Positions 10,478 through 21,044 are shown, counted from the first letter of the stretch. The stretch: DNA of 64,000 nt from a bacterium (GCA_963675295.2 CAXXKJ010000002.1:3424001-3488000); one strand, 5' to 3'. Notes: a model not told the origin generated them from the sequence alone. Numbers and translations are program-made.

Positions 10478-11062
10478 GTGGAAGAGACCGGGCTGGTGGT
10501 GTCACCGAATCAGATCGAAAGCCGTTTGTTCATGATTCGCGGCGAACGTGTCATCATTGACCGTGACCTCGCGGAACTGTACGGCGTTGAAACTCGGCGG
10601 CTGAACGAGCAGGTCCGCCGCAACGAACAACGCTTCCCCGCCGACTTTGTCTTCAAGCTGAATGCCGAGGAAAAAGCCGCGGTGCTTGAAGCCGCTGAAC
10701 ACCTGCAGCCATTAAAGTATTCGCGTGCGCTACCGTTGGCGTACACGGAACGTGGAGCGTTGATGGCGGCAACGGTGCTCGATTCGGAATCGGCTGAAGA
10801 TGCAATGGTGATGATGATCCGCTCGTTCGTGCAGATGCGGGATCAAGCCCTGTCCACCAACCAGCTCACCACCGGGCTGCAGTTTCTCAATCAACGCATG
10901 GAACGCACCGAGAAACAGCAGATCCTGCTGCTCACGATGATCAAGGATATCCTCTCGCCTCCGAAGGAAGTGCCCGTGCCGAAGAAACGCCGGATCGGAT
11001 TTGGAGTCGAAGATGAACCGGAAGAGGTCGCGGAAGATACGAATACGCAGGAAACCGAATAA
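10478..11062 (+). CDS. ORF6N (KilA-N-like) DNA-binding domain protein
   Basis: IRGERVIIDRDLAELYGVETRRLNEQVRRNEQRFPADF, and a C-terminal KRRIGF tail. Confidence 0.9.
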   Translation: MEETGLVVSPNQIESRLFMIRGERVIIDRDLAELYGVETRRLNEQVRRNEQRFPADFVFKLNAEEKAAVLEAAEHLQPLKYSRALPLAYTERGALMAATVLDSESAEDAMVMMIRSFVQMRDQALSTNQLTTGLQFLNQRMERTEKQQILLLTMIKDILSPPKEVPVPKKRRIGFGVEDEPEEVAEDTNTQETE

Positions 11063-11104
11063 CAGAAATGGTTTGTACGGTTGGCAGCACAGCGAAAGGA
11101 TGAT

Positions 11105-11329
11105 TCAGAGACGGTTGATCAGATCATCAACTGTCCAACCGATCCCGCGCAAAATCGCCTTTACAGTACCTGGTCGCATGTCTTTGTTGTGATCGGGCAC
11201 CGTTGCTCGCCGACCATCCTCGTGGACCAGAATGACATGGCTTCCACGTTGACGTTGTTTGGAAAATCCAGCTTTACGCAATACCTGGATTAACTGTCTC
11301 GATTTGACAACGGGTAATTGTGGGGACAT
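11105..11329 (-). CDS. hicA: HicA-family mRNA interferase toxin
   Basis: 74 aa; LRKAGF..RQRGSHVIL..TVPDH..GTVKAIL. Confidence 0.92.
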   Translation of the reverse strand: MSPQLPVVKSRQLIQVLRKAGFSKQRQRGSHVILVHEDGRRATVPDHNKDMRPGTVKAILRGIGWTVDDLINRL

Positions 11330-11332
11330 GGT

Positions 11333-11575
11333 TTATACCGCGACCGCAACATGCCCAAGGAAGGGGGATTGACTGGAAGAATCGTCTTCCAACGGTAGAG
11401 GCCGTCCTTCTTCGCGGAGTGAATCGAGATACAGTTCAATGGCTTCACGTATCATCCGCTGCGCCTCCTCCAACGTATCCCCTTCACTGACACATCCCGG
11501 CAATGCAGGCACATAAACAGTGAATCCACCATCCTCGGCGGGTTCAAACACCACGGTGTATTTGAATTCCTTCAT
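11333..11575 (-). CDS. hicB: HicB-family antitoxin (short, no DNA-binding domain)
   Basis: YTVVFEPAEDGGFTVYVPALPGCVSEGDTLEEA..IREAIELYL. Confidence 0.92.
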   Translation of the reverse strand: MKEFKYTVVFEPAEDGGFTVYVPALPGCVSEGDTLEEAQRMIREAIELYLDSLREEGRPLPLEDDSSSQSPFLGHVAVAV

Positions 11576-11654
11576 CAGCGGCCTCTCTCAATTCTGAATC
11601 TCACCGGTTAATATACGACAAACCCTCCTTCATCGAAGGCGGGTATGTGTTTTT

Positions 11655-11684
11655 CTCAAGACTCAGGACTCAAGACTCAGGACT
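11655..11684. repeat. 7-bp-period array (ACTCAAG/ACTCAGG)
   Basis: ctcaag actcagg actcaag actcagg act, just past the gatD stop codon. Confidence 0.85.
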
Positions 11685-11693
11685 GTCTTTCCA

Positions 11694-13160
11694 TCACACC
11701 TGATGATGCTTGAAGTAGTCTTCGAGTTCCGGCAGGCCGCCCTGGAAGACGAGGTAGCCGTCGAACGGTTCCCGCTCAGTGATCTCGCCGTTGACCGGGG
11801 TGGTCATCATCCGTCTCACTTCGGCGGGATCCTCTGTCTGGCCCAGCACCCAGCCGAGCTTCACGTATGCCACTTCCGGCAGCATGTTCGCCAACGGTGT
11901 AACACCGATTTCCATGATGTCGCGGCCGGTATCGTACACGTACATCTGGACATAGCCCCAGAGAGTCTGCACGGTCATGAAGATGTGCACACCGGCTTCC
12001 ACCGCCCGTCGCAATGCCGGGAACAGCGGCCGGTTGACATGGCCGAGGCCGGTACCGGCGATGACAATGCCCTTGTAGCCGGCGTCCACCATCGCATCCA
12101 CGATATCCGCCTGCATGTTCGGGTAGTACCACAGCAACGTGACCTTTTCCTCGAAGGAAGTGTTCAGCACCGGCTTGCGGTTCATGTCACGGTGGATGTA
12201 CGCGTTCTCCTCCTTGATCGGCACGAATCCGTCCTGACTCACACGTGCAATCGGGGTGTCGCTCAGCGAACGGAAGGTGCTGCGGTAGGACGAGTGCATC
12301 TTGCGCACCCGTGTCCCGCGATGCAGCAGGCCGTAATTATCCGAGGTCGGGCCATACATGCAGACCATCACCTCGCCCAAATCGCCCTCAGCGGCGGTTT
12401 TCACTGCACGCAGCAGGTTGAAGGCGGCGTCCGAGGACGGCCGGTCGGACGAGCGCTGGCTGCCGACAACCACCACCGGGCACGGCAGGTTCTGCACCAT
12501 GAACGTCAATGCCGCAGCGGTGTAGTGCATGGTGTCGGTGCCGTGTCCGACGACGACGCCATTCACGTTGGAGTTGTTGATCTCATCGACAACCGCTTCT
12601 GCAACTTTCTTCCAGTGCATCGGGCCGATGTTCTCGCTGAACTCGCCGAAGATCTTCTTCGTGTTCATGTTCGCGATGTCGGCCAGTTCCGGCACCGCGC
12701 CGTACAGTTCGCCCGGGCTGAACGCCGGAATCACCGCGCCGGTGCGGTAATCGAGACGGCTGGCGATGGTGCCGCCGGTGCCGAGCAGGATGACATTCGG
12801 TTTTGCCGGATCCTTGGGAAATTCCTTCTCCGGGATCTTGTAATTGGCTTTGCGATAGCCGAGCACCTCGATGTGCTTGATCGACTCGGACTTGATGCCA
12901 ACGTTGTACCCGTTGTACGTCAGCTTGATCACCAGGTGTTTGTCATCGGCGGTTTCGCTGCGTGGCAGCAGAATGCCGACAAAGTCGCCCTGATCAGTGG
13001 TCGCGTTGACTTCGCACCACACCCGCGCGCCGGTCGTTTCCAGCACCGCACGGCTGTAGCCACGGTAGCCCTTGTAATCTTCTGCCGGATCCAGCTCGGG
13101 GAGAGTGACACCCTCGACCACCGAACCGGTCGCCTTGATCTCGAACGTTGTTTCGCTCAT
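11694..13160 (-). CDS. gatD: Glu-tRNA(Gln) amidotransferase subunit D (archaeal-type GatD)
   Basis: GatD-specific N-terminal domain (GILLPRSETADDKHLVIKL..GYNVGI) plus asparaginase core TGGTIASRLDYRTGAV, HGTDTM, GSQRSSDRPSSDA, RGTRVRKMHSS.R, GTGLGHV, MLPEVAYVKLGWVLG. Confidence 0.9.
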   Translation of the reverse strand: MSETTFEIKATGSVVEGVTLPELDPAEDYKGYRGYSRAVLETTGARVWCEVNATTDQGDFVGILLPRSETADDKHLVIKLTYNGYNVGIKSESIKHIEVLGYRKANYKIPEKEFPKDPAKPNVILLGTGGTIASRLDYRTGAVIPAFSPGELYGAVPELADIANMNTKKIFGEFSENIGPMHWKKVAEAVVDEINNSNVNGVVVGHGTDTMHYTAAALTFMVQNLPCPVVVVGSQRSSDRPSSDAAFNLLRAVKTAAEGDLGEVMVCMYGPTSDNYGLLHRGTRVRKMHSSYRSTFRSLSDTPIARVSQDGFVPIKEENAYIHRDMNRKPVLNTSFEEKVTLLWYYPNMQADIVDAMVDAGYKGIVIAGTGLGHVNRPLFPALRRAVEAGVHIFMTVQTLWGYVQMYVYDTGRDIMEIGVTPLANMLPEVAYVKLGWVLGQTEDPAEVRRMMTTPVNGEITEREPFDGYLVFQGGLPELEDYFKHHQV

Positions 13161-13285
13161 CGTCGTCTCAATGGGATTTTGGTCGCTGAGGCGGTAACGT
13201 ACGCGCCCGCGTGCAAACTCGCAAACGCCTCCAGAATCCGAGTTGCGCGTCTGGGTACGGCTGGGTACATTTGTGTCTCGTTAAC

Positions 13286-13357
<72 letters not shown>

Positions 13358-13365
13358 CTCGTATG

Positions 13366-13752
13366 CTGTGAGCTGTGAGCTGTGAGCTGTGAGCAAGGTG
13401 AGGTTAGCTCCACACAATGTTGGGGACACTTTCTCCGAAAGTGTCCCCGTTTTCGTGGTTGATCGGCGCCTGCCGAACCGGGAATCGCCATCGTCGTGCC
13501 CCAGACATTCATGTCTGGGATCATCGCACCCGGAATCGTGTGACTATCCCGACTTGCAAGCAAGTCGGGGCAGACACATCTTTGGTGTCGGTTGTCGGTG
13601 GTCGGTGGTCGGTGGTTTGGGTTTTATCATAGCCCACAGCCCATAGCCCGGTTTCAGTGGTCTTTGGGTGTTGCCAGAGCCCACAGCCCAGAGCCCCGAG
13701 CCCCAAGCCCGGTTTTCAGCCGAGAGACGAGAGACAAGAGACAAGAGACGAG
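13366..13752. repeat. Composite intergenic repeat region: five heptamer arrays plus three REP-like hairpins
   Basis: (GCTGTGA)x4; ggggacactttc..gaaagtgtcccc; cccagacat-tc-atgtctggg; cccgacttgc-aa-gcaagtcggg; GTCGGTG, ATAGCCC, CAGAGCC and GAGACAA arrays. Confidence 0.88.
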
Positions 13753-13758
13753 TCACCG

Positions 13759-15075
13759 ATGTCCCACAAACCCATGATCGCAATTGTCGGCCGGCCGAAT
13801 GTCGGCAAGTCGACCCTGTTCAACCGTCTGCTGCGCAAGCGGGTGGCGATTGAGCACGATGTTCCGGGCGTCACCCGTGACCGTCTGCACGGCGATCTCG
13901 AGTGGAACGGCGTCTGGTTTACGCTCGTCGACACCGGCGGCCTGATGACACAGGCGCAGGAGGAGATGGACGCACTGGTCTCCGCAGCCGCCGAAGCCGC
14001 CATTGATCAGGCGGACAAGATTGTGTTCGTCGCTGACGGCAAGCGCGGCCTTTCCGACCTCGACACGCAGATCGCGCGCAAGGTGTTGCGTCACAACAAA
14101 CCGGTCATTCTGGCGGTGACCAAGATCGACACCAACGCCGACATCGCCGACATCTACGACTACTATTCGCTGGGACTGGGCGATCCGATTCCGGTCAGCG
14201 GTACCTCCGGCCTCAACACCGGCGACCTGCTTGACGCTATGGTGGAAGGGATTGAGCACGGCCCGGTTGATGAAGACAAAGAAGCGATTCACCTCGCGAT
14301 TCTCGGGCGTCCGAATGTTGGCAAGTCCTCCCTGGTCAACAAACTTCTCGGCCAGGATGTCCAGATTGTCACCGACATTCCGGGCACCACCCGTGATGCG
14401 ATCGACTACACGGTGATCCACAACGAGCGCAAGATCGTGCTGGTGGATACAGCCGGGATGCGTCGCAAGCACCTCACCGGCCGGTCGGAAGAACTGGACT
14501 ACTACACCGCGTTGCGGACGATTCGTGCGCTGGAACGGTGTGACGTCGCCGCGATCCTGATCGACTCCCAGGATGGGTTGACCCAGTACGAACGCCGCCT
14601 GTTTGACGAGATCCGGCACAAGGGCAAGGGTATGCTCGCGCTCTACAACAAATGGGACCTGGTCGAGAAGGATGAGATGACCTACAAGCGTGTGCTCGAT
14701 CAGTTCCGGGATGACCTTCCTGACCTGTCATTCGTGCCGCTCGAGTTCATCTCGGCCAAGACCGGCAAGCGCACCAACATCGTGCTCGACCGCGCAATCG
14801 AAATCGCCGACCGGCGCGCGGATCGCATTCCGACTTCGAAGCTGAACCGTTTCTTCGAGACCGTCTTCGAACGCACTCCTCCGCCCTCGATCAAGGGCAA
14901 GTGGCTGCGGATGAAGTACATGAGCCAGGTGGCGACCAGCCCGCCGGTCATCTCGTTCTTCCTCAACCACCCGGAGCTGATGCCGGACCATTACAAGCGC
15001 TTCCTCGAACGCCGTTTCCGTGAGGAGTACGGCTTCGAAGGTGTCCCGGTGCGGATCGTCTTCCGGCAGAAGTGA
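13759..15075 (+). CDS. der: Ribosome biogenesis GTPase Der (EngA)
   Basis: Two G domains ([13 protein letters not shown]; [17 protein letters not shown]) plus a KH-like tail. Start set at MSHKP. Confidence 0.97.
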   Translation: MSHKPMIAIVGRPNVGKSTLFNRLLRKRVAIEHDVPGVTRDRLHGDLEWNGVWFTLVDTGGLMTQAQEEMDALVSAAAEAAIDQADKIVFVADGKRGLSDLDTQIARKVLRHNKPVILAVTKIDTNADIADIYDYYSLGLGDPIPVSGTSGLNTGDLLDAMVEGIEHGPVDEDKEAIHLAILGRPNVGKSSLVNKLLGQDVQIVTDIPGTTRDAIDYTVIHNERKIVLVDTAGMRRKHLTGRSEELDYYTALRTIRALERCDVAAILIDSQDGLTQYERRLFDEIRHKGKGMLALYNKWDLVEKDEMTYKRVLDQFRDDLPDLSFVPLEFISAKTGKRTNIVLDRAIEIADRRADRIPTSKLNRFFETVFERTPPPSIKGKWLRMKYMSQVATSPPVISFFLNHPELMPDHYKRFLERRFREEYGFEGVPVRIVFRQK

Positions 15076-15084
15076 AAAAACGGG

Positions 15085-15226
15085 CTGTGGACTGTGGACT
15101 GCGTGGCCCGACATGGTGCTGCTGCCATGTCGCGTGTCATGACCTTGCGGATCGCAGACTCCGGGCGATGATGTACCCCTGACCCAGTAAACCATCGGAG
15201 CCGCGTCCGCAAGCGGACACGGGCAC
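15085..15226. repeat. Short CTGTGGA array, hairpin cgacatgg..ccatgtcg, and REP-like ccgcgtccgc-aa-gcggacacgggcac
   Basis: Read directly; the last element recurs at 52248 and, inverted with stem changes, at 29518. Confidence 0.75.
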
Positions 15227-15248
15227 TTCCAATCCCTACCTTCCGTCC

Positions 15249-17834
15249 ATGCCGGCGACCCGTACACCCATCCCCGTTGTCCACGTCGCGATCCCCGGAA
15301 TGCCCGGCGATCCGTTAGTCTATACTCCACCTCGCGCTGGATGGCCCGAGCTGGATGTGTGCCCCGACGTGCTTGCACGTCGGGATCAACCGTCCGCCGA
15401 AAATACCGTTAGCAACGATGCCAGCGTCAGCTCTGCTGCCGCGGATCATCACACGCTACATGGCCGCCGTGTCCTGGTCCCATTGTCGAACCGTTCCCGG
15501 GTGGGTGTCATCGTGCCGCCGGTCCATCCCGTTGATACGTCACTTGAACCCGGCAAACTCAGGCCCGTTGACGCTCTCCTCGACCGCGAATCAGCTGTCC
15601 TGCCGCCTGAGCTGATCTCTCTATCGGCTCACGTGGTCAAGCGTTACCTCGCCAGCTGGGGCGAGGTGATTCAGGCGGCGTTGCCGAACGGCTTGCTCGA
15701 CCCGCCGGATATCATCGTTCAATGGATCGGGCCGGAGCTGGAAGGCCAGTGGCCAAGAGAGGTTACGAGCTCGCGTTCTCACTCTACATTAAGCCGCTAT
15801 CTCGCGGGCGAAGGTGTGCTCAGCGCGGCGGCGCTGCGGCGTAAATTCCCTCGTTCCCCGGTGGACGCCATCCTGCTCGACCTTGCGGCATGGGGCCTGA
15901 TCGACCGTGAGGAACGTTTCGCGGACGCCGAGTCTTCCGCCACCACCGACTGGGTGATCGCCAACAAGGATGCTTCCCTCGACGACATCCCCGCCCGTGC
16001 AACCGCCCGGCGACGGCTGTTCGAAGCGTTGCAGCGTGAAGCTGGCGCGGCACCGTGGACCGAGCTCAAGGACCTGGCGAATGTGACCCGTTCCGTCCTT
16101 AATGGCCTCTTGGATGCCAAGCTGGTCTACATCGAGGAGCGGACGAAGGATGTCATCGGCCTCGGCTTTGATCCACGCACGCCGGAAGGCACCCCTCCCC
16201 CGTTGACCGAGGAGCAAACCGCAGCCGTCGCCGAGGTCGCGACCCGGATGGACTCCGGCGAACGCGAGGTTTTCCTGCTGGACGGTCTCCCCGGTACTGG
16301 CAAGACACGGGTGTATGTCGAGCTGATCCGCAAGGCGCGCGAGTTGGACAGGGGCGTGCTGGTGCTGGTCCCGGAGATTTCGTTGACGCCGCAGGTGGTC
16401 GCGCGCATTCGTCAGCTGCTGCACGAACCGGTGGTGGTGCTGCATTCCGGGCTCAGCCGTGGATCACGGTTGGCGGCGTGGCGCGCGCTGCACCGTGGTG
16501 AGGCGAAAATCGCTGTCGGAGCGCGATCGGCGGTGTTCGCGCCGGTGCGTGATCTTGGACTGGTGATTGTGGACGAAGAGCACGAGGAGGCGTACAAGCA
16601 GCAGGACCCCGCGCCGCGCTACCACGGGCGCGACCTGGCAGCGGTGCGTGGCTGGATGGCGAACGCGCCGGTGGTGCTGGCGTCCGCGACCCCGAGTCTC
16701 GAGACGATGCACCTGGTCAACGAGCGCAAGCGGGCGGTGCGGTTGCCGTTGACGCAACGCTTCGGCGCGAACTGGCCGGAGATCAAGGTTGTTGACCGGC
16801 GGCGTGAAGCGGAAGATGCGCCTTATGTCGGGCCGCAACTGGCGGACGCGATCCGTTCGCACACCCGCAACGGCGGCGGCGTCATCCTGCTGATCACTCG
16901 CCGTGGCTACGCGCCGGTGCTGCAGTGCAACAACTGCGGCGAAACGCTTGGCTGCCCGAACTGCGACATCCCGTTGACCTACCACGCTCGCGGCGTGCGC
17001 CGTGGGGAGCCCGATTTACGCTGTCACATTTGCGGCTACAGCAAGCGTGTGCCGGACACCTGCGGGCACTGTGCCTCGGAAGATCTGCGCGCCTTTGGCA
17101 TGGGCACGCAGCGTATCGAGGACGAGATCGCCGAACGCTTCCCCGAGCTTGTCCCCTCGCGTATGGACCGCGACACGTTGCGCAAAGTCGGCGAACAGGA
17201 ACGCTTGCTGCGCGCGTTCGCCGGTGGTGAGTCACAGGTCCTGTTGGGTACGCAGCTTGTCGCCAAGGGGCACGACTTCAGCCACGTCACCCTAGTCGGA
17301 GTCATCAACGCCGACCCGTCGCTGAACCAACCCGACTTCCGGGCGGCGGAGCGAACCTACCGTCTTTTGATCCAGGCGGCGGGACGCGCTGGCCGTGGCG
17401 AGAAACCGGGCGAGGTGATTATTCAGACCTTGCGCCCTGAGCATGCCCTGTTCGGCTATCTCGCGAAACCGGCACGGGATGCGTTCACCCAGATGGAGCT
17501 CGACCGGCGTGCGTTACTCGATTATCCGCCGTTCGCGCACATGGCGCTGCTGACCTTTTCCGGCAATGACGAAGAGCGTGTGCGCGCCTCCGCCCTGCGT
17601 ACGGCGGACTATCTCGGCCACCATCCAGGCCCGTTGCAGATCCTCGGCCCGGAACCCGCGTTCATCAAGCGGGTAAAACGGAAATACCGCTGGCGTCTGA
17701 TGGTCCGTGTGAGCAAGACGGTGGACGCATCCGGCGAGCAGATGCGCAGCGTTTTGCGTACCATGCTTACGGCTGTGATGCACGATTCCGGTGTGCGTGT
17801 CAGTGTCGATGTCGATCCCGTGGAGGTGAGTTGA
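15249..17834 (+). CDS. priA: Primosomal protein N' (replication restart helicase)
   Basis: GLPGTGKTRVY, LVPEISLTPQ, IVDEEHEEAYKQ, SATPSLE, four CxxC zinc motifs, GTQLVAKGHDF, QAAGRAGR. Confidence 0.96.
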   Translation: MPATRTPIPVVHVAIPGMPGDPLVYTPPRAGWPELDVCPDVLARRDQPSAENTVSNDASVSSAAADHHTLHGRRVLVPLSNRSRVGVIVPPVHPVDTSLEPGKLRPVDALLDRESAVLPPELISLSAHVVKRYLASWGEVIQAALPNGLLDPPDIIVQWIGPELEGQWPREVTSSRSHSTLSRYLAGEGVLSAAALRRKFPRSPVDAILLDLAAWGLIDREERFADAESSATTDWVIANKDASLDDIPARATARRRLFEALQREAGAAPWTELKDLANVTRSVLNGLLDAKLVYIEERTKDVIGLGFDPRTPEGTPPPLTEEQTAAVAEVATRMDSGEREVFLLDGLPGTGKTRVYVELIRKARELDRGVLVLVPEISLTPQVVARIRQLLHEPVVVLHSGLSRGSRLAAWRALHRGEAKIAVGARSAVFAPVRDLGLVIVDEEHEEAYKQQDPAPRYHGRDLAAVRGWMANAPVVLASATPSLETMHLVNERKRAVRLPLTQRFGANWPEIKVVDRRREAEDAPYVGPQLADAIRSHTRNGGGVILLITRRGYAPVLQCNNCGETLGCPNCDIPLTYHARGVRRGEPDLRCHICGYSKRVPDTCGHCASEDLRAFGMGTQRIEDEIAERFPELVPSRMDRDTLRKVGEQERLLRAFAGGESQVLLGTQLVAKGHDFSHVTLVGVINADPSLNQPDFRAAERTYRLLIQAAGRAGRGEKPGEVIIQTLRPEHALFGYLAKPARDAFTQMELDRRALLDYPPFAHMALLTFSGNDEERVRASALRTADYLGHHPGPLQILGPEPAFIKRVKRKYRWRLMVRVSKTVDASGEQMRSVLRTMLTAVMHDSGVRVSVDVDPVEVS

Positions 17835-18892
17835 TGCAGCGATTGCTGCGCACAGGCTGGTTGATGGTGGTTCTGCTGGCGCTGCTGGTTGTGCCCGCTG
17901 GCGCTCAATCCGTCCCCGCTCCGGCAAGCCAGAACCTGCCGCCGGGCGACTGGCTGGTGCTGTCGCAGGACGGCTACGTCATCTATCACGAAGCCGCCGA
18001 CCAGTCCGCCGCCAACGATCTGCTCGCCACCTACCAGCGTTTCGACGACGACTTCGCCGGCAAGCTTGGGGTGGAACGTCCACGCGGCATCCGTGTCTTC
18101 ATCGCCCCGACCGAGGGCCGGTTCCGTTACCTCACCCGTGGCCTGCCCCACTGGACCGGCGGGCTGGCGTATCCGACCCAGAAGCTGATCATCCTGCAGT
18201 CGCCACGGATGATGCAGGGACGCGGCCAGTTTACCGTCACCGCCCTGCATGAACTGGTCCACATCCTCACCGCCAACGAGGACGGCAACCGTCTCCCGCG
18301 CTGGTTCAGCGAGGGGCTGGCGATGTACCTCAGCGGCGAAACGATGTACAAGAACCGTACGCCGCTCGGCCGGGCGGTGGTGTTCAATCAGACGTACACC
18401 CTCGAGGGCATCGAGGACATGATGCGGCTCGGTCCGGAACAGGCCCGTATCGCCTACCTGCAATCCATCAGCTTTGTCGAGTTCATCGTTGATCATTACG
18501 GCTGGGACGCCATCGCCGCACTGATGCACGGCTACCAGGCCGGGCTCGACCCGGATGACGTGTTCGAGGAATTGACCGGCAGCCCGTTGTTTGACGCCGA
18601 GGTCGCGTTCCACCAGGAACTGCGTGACAAGTACCGCTGGTTCAATTTGCTGGCATGGCTCAATTTCGACACGTTGCTGTGGAGCGGAGCGTCCCTGCTG
18701 GTGATGGTCACCGGGATCCTCGCGATTGTCCGGCGGCGGCGGTACCTGCACGGCGACAGCGATGGTGAGGCAATCGACGAGTCGCAGGCCGATCCCCGTT
18801 TGTATCAGGGAGATCCGTTGTTTGACGACGACGACGGCGAACTGCCCGGCGGCGAGTGGTACATCGAAGAGGACGAGCCTTGGAGACGGTAG
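17834..18892 (+). CDS. Peptidase MA-like zinc metalloprotease domain protein, membrane-anchored
   Basis: Signal peptide, HELVH..LPRWFSEGLAMY, and a C-terminal TM followed by RRRR. Confidence 0.8.
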   Translation: MQRLLRTGWLMVVLLALLVVPAGAQSVPAPASQNLPPGDWLVLSQDGYVIYHEAADQSAANDLLATYQRFDDDFAGKLGVERPRGIRVFIAPTEGRFRYLTRGLPHWTGGLAYPTQKLIILQSPRMMQGRGQFTVTALHELVHILTANEDGNRLPRWFSEGLAMYLSGETMYKNRTPLGRAVVFNQTYTLEGIEDMMRLGPEQARIAYLQSISFVEFIVDHYGWDAIAALMHGYQAGLDPDDVFEELTGSPLFDAEVAFHQELRDKYRWFNLLAWLNFDTLLWSGASLLVMVTGILAIVRRRRYLHGDSDGEAIDESQADPRLYQGDPLFDDDDGELPGGEWYIEEDEPWRR

Positions 18893-19038
18893 CCACTGCG
18901 GTCTCCTGCCGCTCCCGGCTTTTCTTTGCGCGTCTCAGGCCCCATATTAGTGGTGTCCAACGAACCATCCCCGGAGAGCCCATCCCGCTTGCTCATGGTC
19001 GTGTGCCTGATTCCACTTGCAGAACCGGAGAACCACCA

Positions 19039-19971
19039 ATGAGCATCTCTCTGCGCATGCCGAAGACGATTCTGAGCCTGCTTGCCTTGCTGATGTGTGT
19101 CGTGTCTGTGAACGCGTCAACGACATTCGACTTGTTGCGTGTTGACCCGACTCCGCGCGGTGCGGCGCTGGCTGGAAACTCGCTTGCATTGCTCGGCGGC
19201 ACGTTGGACGCCCTCTCGATGCACCCCGGCGGGCTGGCATCCGTGCATCATCAACACGTTTCCGCCAGTTACAGCAACCATCCGCTCGACGTGTCCGGCG
19301 GACGGTTCAGCTATGGCTACCCGTCCAGCTACGGCTACGGCGCGTTCTCGTTGACCTACCTCAACTACGGCGAATTCGACCGCCGGGTATCCCTTGAAGA
19401 CGAAGTCAACGGCACCTTCGCCCCGACGGACCTGTTGGTGACCGCTGGCTTTGCGCGTGAGGTGTATAAGGATCTCGGCGTCGGCTTGTCCGTCAAATAC
19501 ATCAGCAGCCAGATTGACGACTACAACTCCTCCGCCATCGCGATGGACTTCTCCGGCCATTGGAACACCGGCTGGAACATGGTCAAGCTCGCGGCCGGTG
19601 TCAGTAATGTCGGCACGCAGCTTGAGAGCTACATCGACACCGAAGAAGATTTGCCGACCGAAGCCCATGTCGGTGTCGCCAAGCAGCTCGAACACCTTCC
19701 GTTGGTCCTCTCGATCAGCGGCCACATGGACATCGACAGCAACTTCTACGGCGCGGCGGCAGGTGAGTTTACCGTCTCGCCAATCCTCAAACTGCGCGCG
19801 GGCTACACCAGCCTCGGACCGGACTACCACGTCGGAGGGTCGCAGGATGGCCTCGCGGGCATCTCCGCCGGTGTCGGCGTGTTCTACATGGACTTCAACC
19901 TCGACTACGCGTTGGTTTCGCAGGGTCCCATCGGGCAGGTTCACAAACTCGGCGTCACCTACCAGTTTTAG
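19039..19971 (+). CDS. PorV/PorQ-family outer-membrane beta-barrel (type IX secretion component)
   Basis: Signal peptide, PRGAALAG..HPGGL, YLNYGEF, GLSVKYISSQI, and terminal aromatic GVTYQF. Confidence 0.8.
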   Translation: MSISLRMPKTILSLLALLMCVVSVNASTTFDLLRVDPTPRGAALAGNSLALLGGTLDALSMHPGGLASVHHQHVSASYSNHPLDVSGGRFSYGYPSSYGYGAFSLTYLNYGEFDRRVSLEDEVNGTFAPTDLLVTAGFAREVYKDLGVGLSVKYISSQIDDYNSSAIAMDFSGHWNTGWNMVKLAAGVSNVGTQLESYIDTEEDLPTEAHVGVAKQLEHLPLVLSISGHMDIDSNFYGAAAGEFTVSPILKLRAGYTSLGPDYHVGGSQDGLAGISAGVGVFYMDFNLDYALVSQGPIGQVHKLGVTYQF

Positions 19972-20050
19972 TCAGTGCTCAGTGATCAGTGGTCTGTGGT
20001 CTGTGGTCTGTGGTCTGTGGTCCATGGTCTGTGGTCCATGGTCTGCGGTC
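19971..20050. repeat. Heptamer array, about 11 units (GTCAGTG, GTCTGTG, GTCCATG)
   Basis: Begins on the last base of the stop codon; strict 7-bp register with drifting unit sequence. Confidence 0.92.
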
Positions 20051-20406
20051 AAATCCTGATTCGCAGGTACATGACTTGCGTCGCAGGATTGCAGGCAGGT
20101 TATTCTGATGCCGCGTCCGTTTGCGGCAGAAGAAGGTCCAGCTTATCAACAGGTTGATCCTGGTTCCTGTAGATCCTGATTCCAGCTTGGTGAAACCTGG
20201 ATCTCCCTCACGTCTCTTCGTTTCGTTCGGAATAACGTTCCGTCAACCTCAAGTATGTCTATAGCCTCAACCAGCCTCACCACCCGATTTTTTGTGAGCG
20301 GGCTCTTGACTGGAGATACCCGATTAAACTCTTTTCAATCATGCTGCGTCCAATCCATGACGGCGGATCGTCCGCCACATGAACAGGATCGCAAACTGAA
20401 CCGCTG

Positions 20407-21027
20407 GTGGACGCCTTCAGGAGCAATCGGGTGGCCGATCTGACCGGAGAACAGCTCGTCGAGCTCGCGAAGCAGAATCGTGACCGGGCGTTGGAAATGC
20501 TGGTACGCGAATACCGTCGCGAGATCTACGACCTCTGTGTTCGCATCTCCGGAAACACCAGCGAGGCGGAAGATCTGTCGCAGGAAACATTCATCAAGGC
20601 GTACGAGAACCTGCACAAATTCCGCGGGGAAGCATCACCGAAAACCTGGTTGTACCGTATCGCGTTCAACCAGAGCGTTTCCTTCACCCGTCGACTCAAG
20701 CGTTGGCGGATGACCCGGGTCGAAGAGGACTCGGATATCTTTGAAACGGAAGTCGCGTTGAGTACACCGTCCAGCGAGGAAGAGCTGGAGCGAAAGGACC
20801 TCGCCGCACACGCGATGCAGGAGCTGAAACACTTGCCGGTCCGGCAACGGACGGCGGTAATCCTGCGCATGACGAAAGAGCTGCCCTACGCGGAGATCGC
20901 CCGAATCATGGGCACCTCCGTCGGGGGTGCCAAAGCAAACGTCCACCAGGGCATCCGCAAATTGCGGGACGCCCTCGGTGATGGAGAACCGGAACCCGTG
21001 AAGCCGCGCCGTACCGCGCTGCTGTAG
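20407..21027 (+). CDS. ECF-type RNA polymerase sigma-70 factor
   Basis: AEDLSQETFIKAY, TWLYRIAFN, LPVRQRTAVILR..YAEIARIMG. Confidence 0.93.
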   Translation: MDAFRSNRVADLTGEQLVELAKQNRDRALEMLVREYRREIYDLCVRISGNTSEAEDLSQETFIKAYENLHKFRGEASPKTWLYRIAFNQSVSFTRRLKRWRMTRVEEDSDIFETEVALSTPSSEEELERKDLAAHAMQELKHLPVRQRTAVILRMTKELPYAEIARIMGTSVGGAKANVHQGIRKLRDALGDGEPEPVKPRRTALL

Positions 21028-21044
21028 CGTCCGGAGGAGTGACG

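Noticed and set aside
13657-13758. N-terminal extensions of der, the hydrolase (8639), the PorV/PorQ gene (18856), hppD (28136), trpS (38888) and paralog A (59112)
   Set aside because: The extensions translate repeats or intergenic DNA; downstream ATGs match the family N-termini.
20100-20400. oriC near a TTATCAACA motif and several GATC sites
   Set aside because: Single imperfect DnaA box, no AT-rich unwinding element and no dnaA; more likely the ECF promoter region.
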